Positions 20,505 through 29,425 of a stretch of 64,000 bases of DNA are shown here, one piece after another (the stretch's first letter is position 1; the number at the start of each line of letters is the position of its first letter). A program made the translations under genes and the position numbers. The DNA is from Capillibacterium sp. Lineage in GTDB: Bacteria > Bacillota > UBA4882 > UBA10575. The notes below the pieces were generated by a model. That model searched no databases. It was not told the origin of the DNA and saw nothing but the letters and a program-made list of their open reading frames with translations. Where the stretch lies: positions 293 to 64,292 of the forward strand of contig DATCJZ010000039.1 in the NCBI GenBank assembly GCA_036562545.1, written 5' to 3'.

Positions 20505-22547
20505 TTATTGGATTTCCAGCTCTTGCTGGGCAATTTGCTGGTGGTTGAGGATCAGTCCGATTTTACCGTTGCCCAGGAGAGCAGCCCCGGCAATCAGGTT
20601 ATGCTCGCTGATGGCTTCATTGATTGGCTTAATCATAATATCTTCGATACCGATTAATTCTTCAACTACAAAACCGGCATGACCCCGGCCGCAATTAATG
20701 ATCACGACCGGAATCCGTTCGTCCTTTTGCGTATAGGGAAAACGGAAGAATTCACCCAAGTGCACCAGGGGTATGGTTTCGGGATAGCGGTAATAGATGA
20801 GATGCCCGCCTACTTCATGAATCTCTTCTTCTTTGATGATAATGCTTTGGACGACATCCGTCACGGGAATGCCGAAGATTTGACCACCGACCTTCACCAT
20901 AAAAGACTGGATAATGGCTAAAGTGAGCGGAACCTTCAGCAGGAAAGTTGTCCCTTGACCCGGTTCGGTTAGCACATCGATATCGCCTTGGAGTTTTTTG
21001 AGGTTGGTTAAGACCACATCCATGCCGACCCCGCGCCCGGAGATTTCGCTTACCCGGTCGGCGGTGGAAAAACCGGGTGAAAAAATAAGATTGATTATTT
21101 CCTTTTGGCTGAGGTTGCTGTTTTCGTTAATTAAACCGGTGGCAAGGGCTTTTTTCCGGATCTTTTCCAAGTTAAGCCCGCGCCCGTCATCCGTCACCCC
21201 GATGACGATAAAACTCCCTTCTTGCCGGGCGCTCAGGGTAACGTGGCCGGTCGGATCCTTGCCTTGGGCTTCGCGTTCTTTGGGATCTTCAATGCCATGG
21301 TCGATGGCATTCCGGAGCAGGTGCGTCAAGGCATCAATCAAGGATTCTCCCATATGTTTATCGATCTCCGTATCGGCGCCCACAAAATGTAATTCCACTT
21401 TTTTCCCCAGTTGTTTCGCAATGTCCCGGACGATCTTGGGAAACCTGGTAAAGAGCTGCCGGACGGGGATCATTCTTAGGTCCATCGCACTCATCTGAAG
21501 TTTGGAAACCGCCTGGTTAAGTTCTTGCAGGAGAGCGGAGAAATTTTCCCAGGTGGATTTTCCTTCGTAACCGTTTTTATAAAGATGGGAGAGGCTTGTT
21601 TTTAAGGTAATCAATTCGCCCAATTGGTTAATGACCTTGTCGATCCGTTCGGATTCCACCCGGATGGTGTGGCTGGTAAATTGATTTTCATTCAGGCCGT
21701 TCATTTGGTATAGATCATGGGATTGGGCGGGGGTGTTCTTGTTAACATTAACCTCCCATTCTCTGATGCTGATCTTGGTCGCCCCTTCGTTAATGGGGTA
21801 AGTGGTGATGGCGTTTTGCTCCTCGGCGTCCAATTCTTTTTCGGTCAGCAATACCATTTGAAAGGTGGCGTAATTTTCATAGGGGATCTCTTCCTCCGCC
21901 GGCGTTGTTTTTAAAACAATTCCGTAATTACGGATAAACCGGAGAAAGATGAGCACGGAGGCACTACGCAGCTTTACTTCGGGAGTAAAGGCAATTTCAA
22001 TTTCATAAACCTTTTTTCCCTCCTGTTGCCAGGATTGGATTTTTGCTTTTTCTTCCGCACTTAAAAGCATGGGAGACAGGGGAGAGGCGGACTGTTCCTT
22101 CCGGTCTTGGGCGTCTTCCTTCTTGCTCAGATTTTTTAACTGTTCGATCCATTTATTGCCGTCGAAGGGAACCGCGGTGATATCCTGCTCCAAAAAAGAG
22201 CTGAAGTCATCGGTAAAGGAAATTAACAGGTCGATTGCCCGCCCGTCCAATAAATGCTGACCGTTCCGGACAGCGGAGAAAAGGTTCTCGATCTCATGCA
22301 TAACATCGGTGACCGACGTTAAACCGATCACCCCGGAGGAACCTTTGATATTATGGGCAATGCGAAACATTTCGTCGATAAACTCGGTTTGGACCTCGTT
22401 ATTCTGTTCGATTTGCAGGAGGATCAGGACTAATCTCTCAATCTGCTCGCGGGTTTCGGTGATAAAAGCCGAAAGCAGTTCTTCATCGACAAAGTTATTA
22501 TTCCGCTCGGTTATGGTAATCATCCCCTTTATTTGAAAGGCTTTCAC
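20505..22547 (-). CDS. cheA: chemotaxis histidine kinase CheA
   Basis: HPt motif FRIAHNIKGSSG, HATPase boxes (HLLRNAIDHG, DDGRGL, GRGVGMDVV) and a C-terminal CheW-like domain. Confidence 0.9.
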   Translation of the reverse strand: MKAFQIKGMITITERNNNFVDEELLSAFITETREQIERLVLILLQIEQNNEVQTEFIDEMFRIAHNIKGSSGVIGLTSVTDVMHEIENLFSAVRNGQHLLDGRAIDLLISFTDDFSSFLEQDITAVPFDGNKWIEQLKNLSKKEDAQDRKEQSASPLSPMLLSAEEKAKIQSWQQEGKKVYEIEIAFTPEVKLRSASVLIFLRFIRNYGIVLKTTPAEEEIPYENYATFQMVLLTEKELDAEEQNAITTYPINEGATKISIREWEVNVNKNTPAQSHDLYQMNGLNENQFTSHTIRVESERIDKVINQLGELITLKTSLSHLYKNGYEGKSTWENFSALLQELNQAVSKLQMSAMDLRMIPVRQLFTRFPKIVRDIAKQLGKKVELHFVGADTEIDKHMGESLIDALTHLLRNAIDHGIEDPKEREAQGKDPTGHVTLSARQEGSFIVIGVTDDGRGLNLEKIRKKALATGLINENSNLSQKEIINLIFSPGFSTADRVSEISGRGVGMDVVLTNLKKLQGDIDVLTEPGQGTTFLLKVPLTLAIIQSFMVKVGGQIFGIPVTDVVQSIIIKEEEIHEVGGHLIYYRYPETIPLVHLGEFFRFPYTQKDERIPVVIINCGRGHAGFVVEELIGIEDIMIKPINEAISEHNLIAGAALLGNGKIGLILNHQQIAQQELEIQ

Positions 22548-22567
22548 CGCCGATGCCTGGCGGAGAT

Positions 22568-23113
22568 CTAGTTACCGTTATTTCCCGGTACGGGCGGTGC
22601 CGATGCTTCGATGATCTCCTCCAGTTTTTTCTGCCAGTTCAGGGAGATAATCTTGTCCAGATCAAGAATTAAAACTAACCGGTTTCCCATCTTTCCCATG
22701 GCCTTGAGGTATTCTGTGCCGGCCCGGGCTGAAAACTCGGAGGCCGGTTGGATTTTATCATCGGGAATGCTCAAGATGTCGGAAACCTGATCGACGGTGA
22801 GACCAAAGGTTTTGCCGTTGATTTCAACGACAATGATCACGGTAAAGACGTTATCCGCGGCTTTTTGCAGTGCGAATCTCGTACGCAGGTTGAGCACCGG
22901 GATGATCGCACCGCGGAAGTTAATTACCCCTTCCACAAAATCGGGAGCATGGGGGATTTTCGTCGGTTCAGCATAACGGATGATTTCTTGGACCCGGAGC
23001 ACGTCAACGCCAAACTCTTCATCACCGACGGAGAAAATTATGTATTGCTTCTCCGTTTCCGAACCCGTAAATTGTAAATTTAGAATATCCATGGTATTAT
23101 CGGTACCGGCCAA
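22568..23113 (-). CDS. cheW: chemotaxis coupling protein CheW
   Basis: 181 aa with a CheW-like domain (FGVDVLRVQEIIRY...INFRGAIIPVLNLR). GGAGGTG lies 7 nt before the TTG start. Confidence 0.9.
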   Translation of the reverse strand: MAGTDNTMDILNLQFTGSETEKQYIIFSVGDEEFGVDVLRVQEIIRYAEPTKIPHAPDFVEGVINFRGAIIPVLNLRTRFALQKAADNVFTVIIVVEINGKTFGLTVDQVSDILSIPDDKIQPASEFSARAGTEYLKAMGKMGNRLVLILDLDKIISLNWQKKLEEIIEASAPPVPGNNGN

Positions 23114-23140
23114 TGGGGAACACCTCCAATGTTAATAATA

Positions 23141-25153
23141 TTAAAATTGATCGATCCGGTCATTTTGAAAACGGTTTTGGAGAGGCTCAGCAACAGGAGC
23201 CAGGCTGCGCTTGGAGGTTACTCCTTTTTGCTCTGGCGGTATGACAGAAACACCGGAATCGTCCTGTACTTTAAAAGTATCGACAATACTACGAAGAGTT
23301 TCGACTTCTGCATACAAAGCTTGACAAGAAGAGGTGATTTCTTCGACCATGGCCGCATTTTCTTGCGTAGCTTGGTTCAAATTATCGATTGATGAGCTAA
23401 TCTGTTCCGAAGCGCTGGATTGAGCGCGTAGTGCGGATGCTACTTCGATAATAAGCTCCGATGTCTGTTTGCTGTTCCGGACAATGGCTTCCAACATTTC
23501 GGAGGAATCCTGGACAAGTTTGTTTCCTCTCTCGACCCGGATAACGCTTTCGTTAATTAATTTTTCGATCTCTTTGGCTGATTCGGCGGTTCGCCCAGCC
23601 AGATTCCGGACTTCAGCCGCAACTACTGCAAAGCCACGGCCTTGTTCACCCGCCCGGGCAGCTTCGACAGCAGCGTTTAAGGCGAGGAGATTGGTTTGAA
23701 AAGCGATATCGTTGACCACTTGGTTAATCTCGGCAATCTGTTTGCTACTGGCGGTGATATCGGCCATTGCTTTGATGGTCTCTTCGACAAAGTCTTTACC
23801 CTTGGTTACCACCTGAAGCGAGGTTTTGGCGAGTTGGTCGGCTTTATCGGAATTATTGGCAACCTGTTGAATAGAGGAATTCATCTCTTTGATCGTTGCA
23901 GTAATCTCCTCCAAGGTTGCGGCTTGTTTTTCTGTACGGTTGGAAAGCTCCTGGGTACTCTTGGCGATTTCTTGAGAAGCTTGATTAACGTGGTGCGAGG
24001 AAGATAATATTTGTCTAATCATGTCGGCGATTTGTTGAGTCATTTTGTTTTGTTCCTTTGCCAAATCGCCCAGTTCATCCTGGCGATTATTTTCCACCCG
24101 CACAGTAAGGTTGCCACTGGCAATTTCTTTCATTCCTTCATTGATTTGGAGAAGTGGTTTAGTCAAAGAAATGGCGACGAAAGCCCCAAAAAAGGCAATG
24201 ACCAGGGAAAAGATGATGGCAACTATGATGTATACTCGCTGTAAGGTTTTTACAGAAGAAAAAGCTTCATCATAATCGATGGTCGTGACAAATCCTACCG
24301 GATAAGCACCGAGGTTAAATACTTTTATACGGCCTAAAACTTGTTTTCCAAGATGATTACGGAAGAAGAGAACTTCGTCGATCTCCCAATTCTTCTCCCG
24401 TAAAGCAGTGGCAACTTTATCAACTCCTTTATTTTCCAATTTGGTTTTTAAGATTTCTATCTCTTGACCAAATTTAGGTACGGTTAAAAGCAGGCCATTT
24501 TCATTGACGAAATATCCGTCGGCTGTTTTGCCTACGTTATCAAGGCCGGACAAGATCATCTCGGTGATTTGGTTACTGTCAAAATAGGCAGCCAGGACAC
24601 CGTAAACTCTGCCGTTAACCGGGTCATCATAAATTGGGGCGCTGATCGTCACGATATTGCTCTTCACTAGCTCGGAGTAGAAGATGTCTGAAGTGGTCAC
24701 TTCCCCGCGCAAGCTTCGTCTAATATATTCACGCCTGTCCAGGTTCTGGTTAAGAAGACCTTTATTTGTTGAGCTAACAATTACCCCCTGTTCGTTGGTG
24801 ATAAAAAGATCCCGGTAGCCATTTTCTTTTTTTATCTTTTCGAGCAGGGGAAGGAGAACGGTTCGTTCCTGAAAAGCCCATTCCGAACCGCCTTGGAAAA
24901 TATAGTATAAATTTAAGGTTTGGTAAACATCCTGAGTTGAGGCGAGAATATTTATTGTTTTTTGCTGATTTTCAAACCAGGTTGCCAATAAATTCTGTTT
25001 ATCCGAGGTGTAAATATTAAATTTACTTTGAATTTCCTCTTCAAGCATGTTCTGGCCGGCGAGAAAACTGAATAAAGCGCTGGTTAACAGGGGAATAACA
25101 CCGATGAGAAGAAAATAAGAGATTAATTTGGTTTTGAGATTTAACTTGATCAA
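23141..25153 (-). CDS. methyl-accepting chemotaxis protein with Cache-type extracytoplasmic sensor
   Basis: Two TM helices flank a region of about 270 aa that looks Cache-like. HAMP domain. Signalling hairpin [37 protein letters not shown]. Confidence 0.9.
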   Translation of the reverse strand: MIKLNLKTKLISYFLLIGVIPLLTSALFSFLAGQNMLEEEIQSKFNIYTSDKQNLLATWFENQQKTINILASTQDVYQTLNLYYIFQGGSEWAFQERTVLLPLLEKIKKENGYRDLFITNEQGVIVSSTNKGLLNQNLDRREYIRRSLRGEVTTSDIFYSELVKSNIVTISAPIYDDPVNGRVYGVLAAYFDSNQITEMILSGLDNVGKTADGYFVNENGLLLTVPKFGQEIEILKTKLENKGVDKVATALREKNWEIDEVLFFRNHLGKQVLGRIKVFNLGAYPVGFVTTIDYDEAFSSVKTLQRVYIIVAIIFSLVIAFFGAFVAISLTKPLLQINEGMKEIASGNLTVRVENNRQDELGDLAKEQNKMTQQIADMIRQILSSSHHVNQASQEIAKSTQELSNRTEKQAATLEEITATIKEMNSSIQQVANNSDKADQLAKTSLQVVTKGKDFVEETIKAMADITASSKQIAEINQVVNDIAFQTNLLALNAAVEAARAGEQGRGFAVVAAEVRNLAGRTAESAKEIEKLINESVIRVERGNKLVQDSSEMLEAIVRNSKQTSELIIEVASALRAQSSASEQISSSIDNLNQATQENAAMVEEITSSCQALYAEVETLRSIVDTFKVQDDSGVSVIPPEQKGVTSKRSLAPVAEPLQNRFQNDRIDQF

Positions 25154-25281
25154 TTGCTCTGAATCCTCCTTGGCATTTATTATGAGATGTGAAAGTGAAA
25201 GAACATTGTGTGGTGTTTGAACGACCTTTAATGTCTAATAATGAAAAACAATAAACAGAATTATCGACATCCTACAACATA

Positions 25282-25309
25282 ATATCGGATTTTAAAGTAA
25301 TATTCTTTA
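25282..25309 (-). promoter_or_regulatory. candidate sigma-D/sigma-28 (FliA-type) promoter for the mcp-che operon
   Basis: On the minus strand: TAAAG (25305-25309), 16-nt spacer, CCGATAT (25282-25288). Consensus is TAAA-N15/16-GCCGATAT. Confidence 0.45.
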
Positions 25310-25337
25310 TACTTGTAGTTTATTTCAACATATACAC

Positions 25338-25372
25338 TAGTAAAAAACCGCCAAGCACATAGCTTGACGGTT
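25338..25372 (-). terminator. rho-independent terminator after the ykgJ-like gene
   Basis: On the minus strand: aaccgtcaagc-tatgt-gcttggcggtt followed by tttt. The single non-Watson-Crick pair is G-U only on the minus strand. Confidence 0.7.
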
Positions 25373-25416
25373 TAAAGAAAAGAAGAGAAAAGCTATAAGG
25401 AGCCGGAAAATCACTA

Positions 25417-26079
25417 TTAGGCCGGTTTTCCCAGGGAAGAACCGGGAGGGGACCAATCATGGGAGTTATCATCTTCGGATATATAGGCCAGTTTCAAACC
25501 GATGTACGCCAAGGCCCTTTTCAAGGCTTCATTAATGGGATAGCGGTCTTGGCCAAGGTAGGGGTGGATGTTGGCGGTTTGCCGGGCATAATAGGAATTA
25601 ACCGGAATTTTCAGTCCCGCGTCTACCAGTTTTTGGACCCGGTTTTCGACACCCGGCTCATGCTCTTTTAATTCTTTACATAAGACTACCAAAGGTTTTC
25701 CCCTTTTGTTCAAACAGGCGGAAAAACCGAAGAGACGGCAAAGGAGGGGCCGCCAAGGATAAGCGGAGCAGCCGCTGATTTTGGCGGGATCTTTGTTAAA
25801 CAAGACACAAGGGGCTCCGGCCTCCAGGGCATCAAGTTTATCCAGCCACTGTTTGGCCTCGCCTTTTTGCCAAAGGGCGAGGGCGAGCGGGAGGATCTCC
25901 CAAACGGAAACTTCAATATGGTGGGCGGGGGTGGCGCAGCATTTCTTGCAGTAGGGAAGGCAATCGATCCCCGCTTTTGCTTTCAGGTTGGCAATCTCTT
26001 CATCCAATGCCTGATAGACTTGCCAGAGTTGGTCCAGTCCTTTGAAAACCGGTGCGGTTTTGCTGTTTAACTCAAACAT
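25417..26079 (-). CDS. YkgJ/UPF0153-family putative Zn- or Fe-chelating protein
   Basis: Cys cluster CLPYCKKCC plus later CSAYPWRPLLCRLF. The ORF extends to a TTG at 26163, so the start is uncertain (26079 ATG versus 26163). Confidence 0.55.
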   Translation of the reverse strand: MFELNSKTAPVFKGLDQLWQVYQALDEEIANLKAKAGIDCLPYCKKCCATPAHHIEVSVWEILPLALALWQKGEAKQWLDKLDALEAGAPCVLFNKDPAKISGCSAYPWRPLLCRLFGFSACLNKRGKPLVVLCKELKEHEPGVENRVQKLVDAGLKIPVNSYYARQTANIHPYLGQDRYPINEALKRALAYIGLKLAYISEDDNSHDWSPPGSSLGKPA

Positions 26080-26288
26080 GCTCCTGCGACCTTTGTTTTT
26101 GGATTGATCTAATCTTACAACTGCTGATTGTGAATGAAAAGAGGGTAAATAAAAATTAACCAAAATGATTCAACAGAATTTTAGAAAAAATAAAGGAAAT
26201 AGCACTAGGTATCAAGAACAAGTAATAAGAACAAGTAATAAACATTTACGTAAAACCAATCAATGTTTCGCGAAAGGGGAGAAAACCT

Positions 26289-26735
26289 TTGGTGGACATT
26301 ACGGAAATAAAAAAGGTATTACCCCATCGTTTCCCTTTTTTACTGATTGACCGTGTCCTTGAAGTGGAAGAAGGGAAAAGGGTAGTGGCGATTAAAAATA
26401 TTACGGTCAATGAAGTTTTTTCCCAGGAATATTACGGCGGTCTCTATCCAATGCAGGGCGTCCTGCAGGTGGAAGCCATGGCCCAGGCTGCCGCCTATTT
26501 GATGTTAAACTCCGAGCGGAACAAAGGTCAACTGGCATATTTTTCCAGCATAGAGCATGTCCGCTTTCGCACCCCGGCGCTGGCCGGTGATCAATTACGG
26601 ATCGAAGTTGAACTGCTGCGCGTCCGGACCCGGGCCAGCAAGTTTAAAGGTTGTTGTTATATTGGGGAGAAAAAGACCTGTGAAGCGACCTTCAGTTGTA
26701 TGCTGGCCCCGGGGCAGACGGCAAGTTTTATTTAA
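26289..26735 (+). CDS. FabZ-like hot-dog fold protein (3-hydroxyacyl-ACP dehydratase homologue with a substituted active-site His)
   Basis: LPHRFPFLLIDRV and GVLQVEAMAQ match FabZ. The canonical NEPFFxGHFP is NEVFSQEYYG here, so His is replaced by Tyr. Confidence 0.75.
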   Translation: MVDITEIKKVLPHRFPFLLIDRVLEVEEGKRVVAIKNITVNEVFSQEYYGGLYPMQGVLQVEAMAQAAAYLMLNSERNKGQLAYFSSIEHVRFRTPALAGDQLRIEVELLRVRTRASKFKGCCYIGEKKTCEATFSCMLAPGQTASFI

Positions 26736-27504
26736 TCCGGAATTTAGCCGAACGTAGCTTTTTAAGGAGATTGACGAAGTCCGAGACCAGGAGGGAAAAG
26801 GAGAAAGAGGGGTCGGCACTGGTGATTAGGCCGATCCCTTGGTTGTTTTTTAAGACCCGGACCAACTCCCGGTTATCCTTGACCGGGGTGGGGAGAAGCA
26901 CTCCCCCCCGGGCTAAATCGGTGCGGCGGTGAAAATCGGAGCCCGCGATCATCCTCAGGTGATGCCGTTGGGCAAAAGCAAGGGCCAAGTGATTGTTGGA
27001 ATTTTGCCGGGGATTCCCGTTATACACCTCTATCCCGTCAACCAGTTCCGGGGGGACGGGAGTCAATCCCAGGCGAAAAGGATGAGCTTGGTAAATAAGG
27101 ATTTCTTCCTCCGCCGGGAGTTCCCGGCTGAACCGGCGGAATTGCTCAATTCCCATTTTGTATAAGGCGGGGTATTTTTTTAAAAAGGCTTCATCCAGCC
27201 CGTAGATTAGAAATTCCCGGGGGGAATCGATAAATTTAAGTTCGATTCCCAGCAAGACGGTGAGACCGATTTTTTCTCCTTCGGCGCGGGCGTTACGGTA
27301 ACCGCGGAGAAAATGGTCGATCTTTTCCGACCAGGTTAAATTCTTGGGCAATCTCCGGAAAAAACCTTCATGGTAGTGGTCGGTGACGACAATTCCGTCG
27401 TAACCGGCTTTTTTATATAAATCGGCGACCAGGCGGCCTTCGGTGCGTCCGCAAAAGCTGGTTTCACTGGTATGGACATGGAGATCGATCCGGAAAGGGC
27501 TCAT
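26728..27504 (-). CDS. PHP-domain metal-dependent phosphoesterase
   Basis: N-terminal IDLHVHTSETSFCG and later His/Asp motifs (VVTDHY, GSDFH). Its 3' end overlaps the fabZ-like gene by 8 nt (convergent). Confidence 0.8.
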   Translation of the reverse strand: MSPFRIDLHVHTSETSFCGRTEGRLVADLYKKAGYDGIVVTDHYHEGFFRRLPKNLTWSEKIDHFLRGYRNARAEGEKIGLTVLLGIELKFIDSPREFLIYGLDEAFLKKYPALYKMGIEQFRRFSRELPAEEEILIYQAHPFRLGLTPVPPELVDGIEVYNGNPRQNSNNHLALAFAQRHHLRMIAGSDFHRRTDLARGGVLLPTPVKDNRELVRVLKNNQGIGLITSADPSFSFSLLVSDFVNLLKKLRSAKFRIK

Positions 27505-27711
27505 CGGCTAACTCCTATAGAAAAATTTTTGGCTTGGCAATTAACGTTAGTTATTATTTGCAAGCAAAGGTAAAGTATGAGAAAGGAAGGTTGAGATGAA
27601 GGTTGGAAAGAGCAGCCGCGTCCGCGGGGCCACCGGCACTTAACGCAAGGGGTAAAAAGCCGGGCGCGGTGGGGCTGCGAGGACAGTTTCGCGGGGGAAA
27701 TCTAAACTGAA

Positions 27712-27905
27712 AAAGGGCAAGAAAAGAGCCACCCTGAACGGTGGCGAAAGCAAAATGTATGTTAACTAATTAAGGAACTACCTGAGACACTTTCTCTGAC
27801 TGCCGGCGTGGTCAAGAGAAAGGCGAGCATCTTCAGCCGTTGGGCCCTTACGTCTGAGAGGCTCTCCATTCTTCAGTAGGGAAAAACCTTGTTACTGAAG
27901 AATGT
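27712..27905 (-). ncRNA. candidate small RNA or short-peptide transcript bounded by a promoter and a terminator
   Basis: Minus-strand promoter TTGCAT (27935-27940), 17-nt spacer, TAATAT (27912-27917). 5' hairpin ttcttcagta/tactgaagaa. Terminator gccacc-gttcag-ggtggc (27728-27745) followed by a T-rich tract on the minus strand only. Confidence 0.35.
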
Positions 27906-28125
27906 ACTTTTATATTACCATAGATGTTTTTAAAATGCAACAGTTTCTCTAAAAAAATTTTTGATTTTTTTTGGTAAGTCGCTCATGCTGGCTACCGCCG
28001 GTTTGCGCCGGGGGAGGAAGACCAATCCAAGTACAATTGTGGACGGGGCGGAAAGGAGTTTCCCTGCACCATTCTGTCCCGGTATGGTAAAAAGTGGCGA
28101 AAAGGTTTTCGAAGTAAGCGGTTGG

Positions 28126-28154
28126 TTGAATAATAAACTACTTTTTGCTATGAT
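28126..28154 (+). promoter_or_regulatory. sigma-A type promoter of ychF
   Basis: TTGAAT (28126-28131), 17-nt spacer, TATGAT (28149-28154). Confidence 0.6.
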
Positions 28155-28225
28155 TAATTAATGTTTGGATAAAAGGTTTATACCCCATTTGCGGGTCAGC
28201 AGTTCAGAGGGAAGGGAAGACCGGA

Positions 28226-29323
28226 ATGAAGATCGGAATTGTCGGATTGCCCAATGTCGGAAAAAGTACCTTGTTCAACGCCATCACCAAAGCCGGAGCC
28301 GAATGCGCCAACTATCCGTTTTGTACCATCGAACCCAATTTAGGGATAGTGGCGGTGCCGGATGAGCGGTTGACGCGCCTGGCCGAGATGTACCAGCCGG
28401 AAAAAGTGACCCCGGCCACCGTTGAATTTGTGGACATTGCCGGTTTGGTCAAGGGAGCAAGCCGGGGGGAGGGTTTGGGCAATAAATTTCTCTCGCATAT
28501 CCGGGAAGTGGATGCCATCCTACACGTGGTGCGTTGTTTCGCCGGGGAGAATATTGTCCATGTGGAAGGGTCAATTGATCCCGCCCGGGATGTGGAGATT
28601 ATTAATTTGGAGTTGATCCTGGCCGACCTGGAGACCATGGAAAAACGGATCGAAAAGACCAGGAACATGGCGAAGTCCGGTGATAAAAAAGTTCTGGCCG
28701 CTTTGGATTTATATACGCGGATCCAAAAAGGACTCTCGGAAGGGCTGCCTGTCCGCGCCATGTCCTTTGATGAAGAGGAGCAGGAGTTAGTGAAGCAACT
28801 CTTTTTATTGACGCAAAAACCGGTGATCTATGCGGCCAATATTGCGGAGCAAGATTTGTCTAACGGCGTAAAGAATAATCCTTACGTCGCGACCCTCCAA
28901 AAGATTGCGGAGAAAGAAGGCGCGGAAGTTTTGGTCATTTGCGCGGCCGTCGAGGAAGAGATTGCCCAGTTGGACGAGGAAGATAAGAAGGTCTTTCTGG
29001 CGGAATTGGGGCTGGAAGAGTCCGGGTTGGACCGGTTGATCAAAGCCGCATATAAACTGTTGGGTTTGATTAGTTTCCTTACCGCCGGTCCCAAGGAAGT
29101 CAGGGCCTGGACCATCAAGGCGGGCACCAAGGCGCCCCAGGCCGCCGGAAAAATCCATAGCGATTTTGAGCGGGGGTTCATCCGGGCGGAGATTGTCGCC
29201 TACGAGGACCTGATGCGTTGCGGCTCCTATGCCGCCGCGAAGGAAAAAGGCCTGGTCCGCCTGGAAGGGAAGGATTACGTCATGCAGGACGGGGATGTCA
29301 CCCTTTTCCGCTTTAATGTTTAA
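28226..29323 (+). CDS. ychF: redox-regulated ribosome-binding ATPase YchF
   Basis: G1 motif GLPNVGKSTLFNA, DIAGLVKGAS and a C-terminal TGS domain. 365 aa. Confidence 0.95.
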   Translation: MKIGIVGLPNVGKSTLFNAITKAGAECANYPFCTIEPNLGIVAVPDERLTRLAEMYQPEKVTPATVEFVDIAGLVKGASRGEGLGNKFLSHIREVDAILHVVRCFAGENIVHVEGSIDPARDVEIINLELILADLETMEKRIEKTRNMAKSGDKKVLAALDLYTRIQKGLSEGLPVRAMSFDEEEQELVKQLFLLTQKPVIYAANIAEQDLSNGVKNNPYVATLQKIAEKEGAEVLVICAAVEEEIAQLDEEDKKVFLAELGLEESGLDRLIKAAYKLLGLISFLTAGPKEVRAWTIKAGTKAPQAAGKIHSDFERGFIRAEIVAYEDLMRCGSYAAAKEKGLVRLEGKDYVMQDGDVTLFRFNV

Positions 29324-29380
29324 GCGCAGCCAGGCCGCAAAAACTGGCGGTCTGAACGAAGTGGTGAAAGGAAACCGGTG

Positions 29381-29420
29381 AAAAAAAAGTCCGGCGGGGG
29401 AGGACCCCGCCGGACTTTTT
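29381..29420. terminator. bidirectional terminator (ychF / mscS convergent)
   Basis: A7 run, then an 11-bp stem gtccggcgggg (29388-29398) / ccccgccggac (29404-29414), then a T6 run. Confidence 0.85.
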
Positions 29421-29425
29421 TGCGC

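Noticed and set aside
26728-26735. Convergent 3' overlaps (fabZ-like/PHP by 8 nt, UDPGP-like/flavin reductase by 11 nt at 48283-48293) considered as possible antisense regulation.
   Set aside because: Short stop-region overlaps of convergent genes are common in compact genomes. Nothing else in the sequence supports a regulatory role.
27586-27625. GAAGGTTGGAAAGAGCAGCC resembles the SRP RNA helix-8 motif (GGUCCGGAAGGAAGCAGCC).
   Set aside because: The bases flanking the GGAA tetraloop cannot pair (GTT versus AGA). The highly conserved GUCAGGUCC 5' strand is missing, and no matching 3' strand or Alu-like domain is present.
27961-28365. 66-aa ORFs at 27961-28161 and 28165-28365 upstream of and overlapping ychF.
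   Set aside because: No RBS. The second overlaps the ychF start out of frame, and the ychF promoter (28126-28154) lies inside the first.
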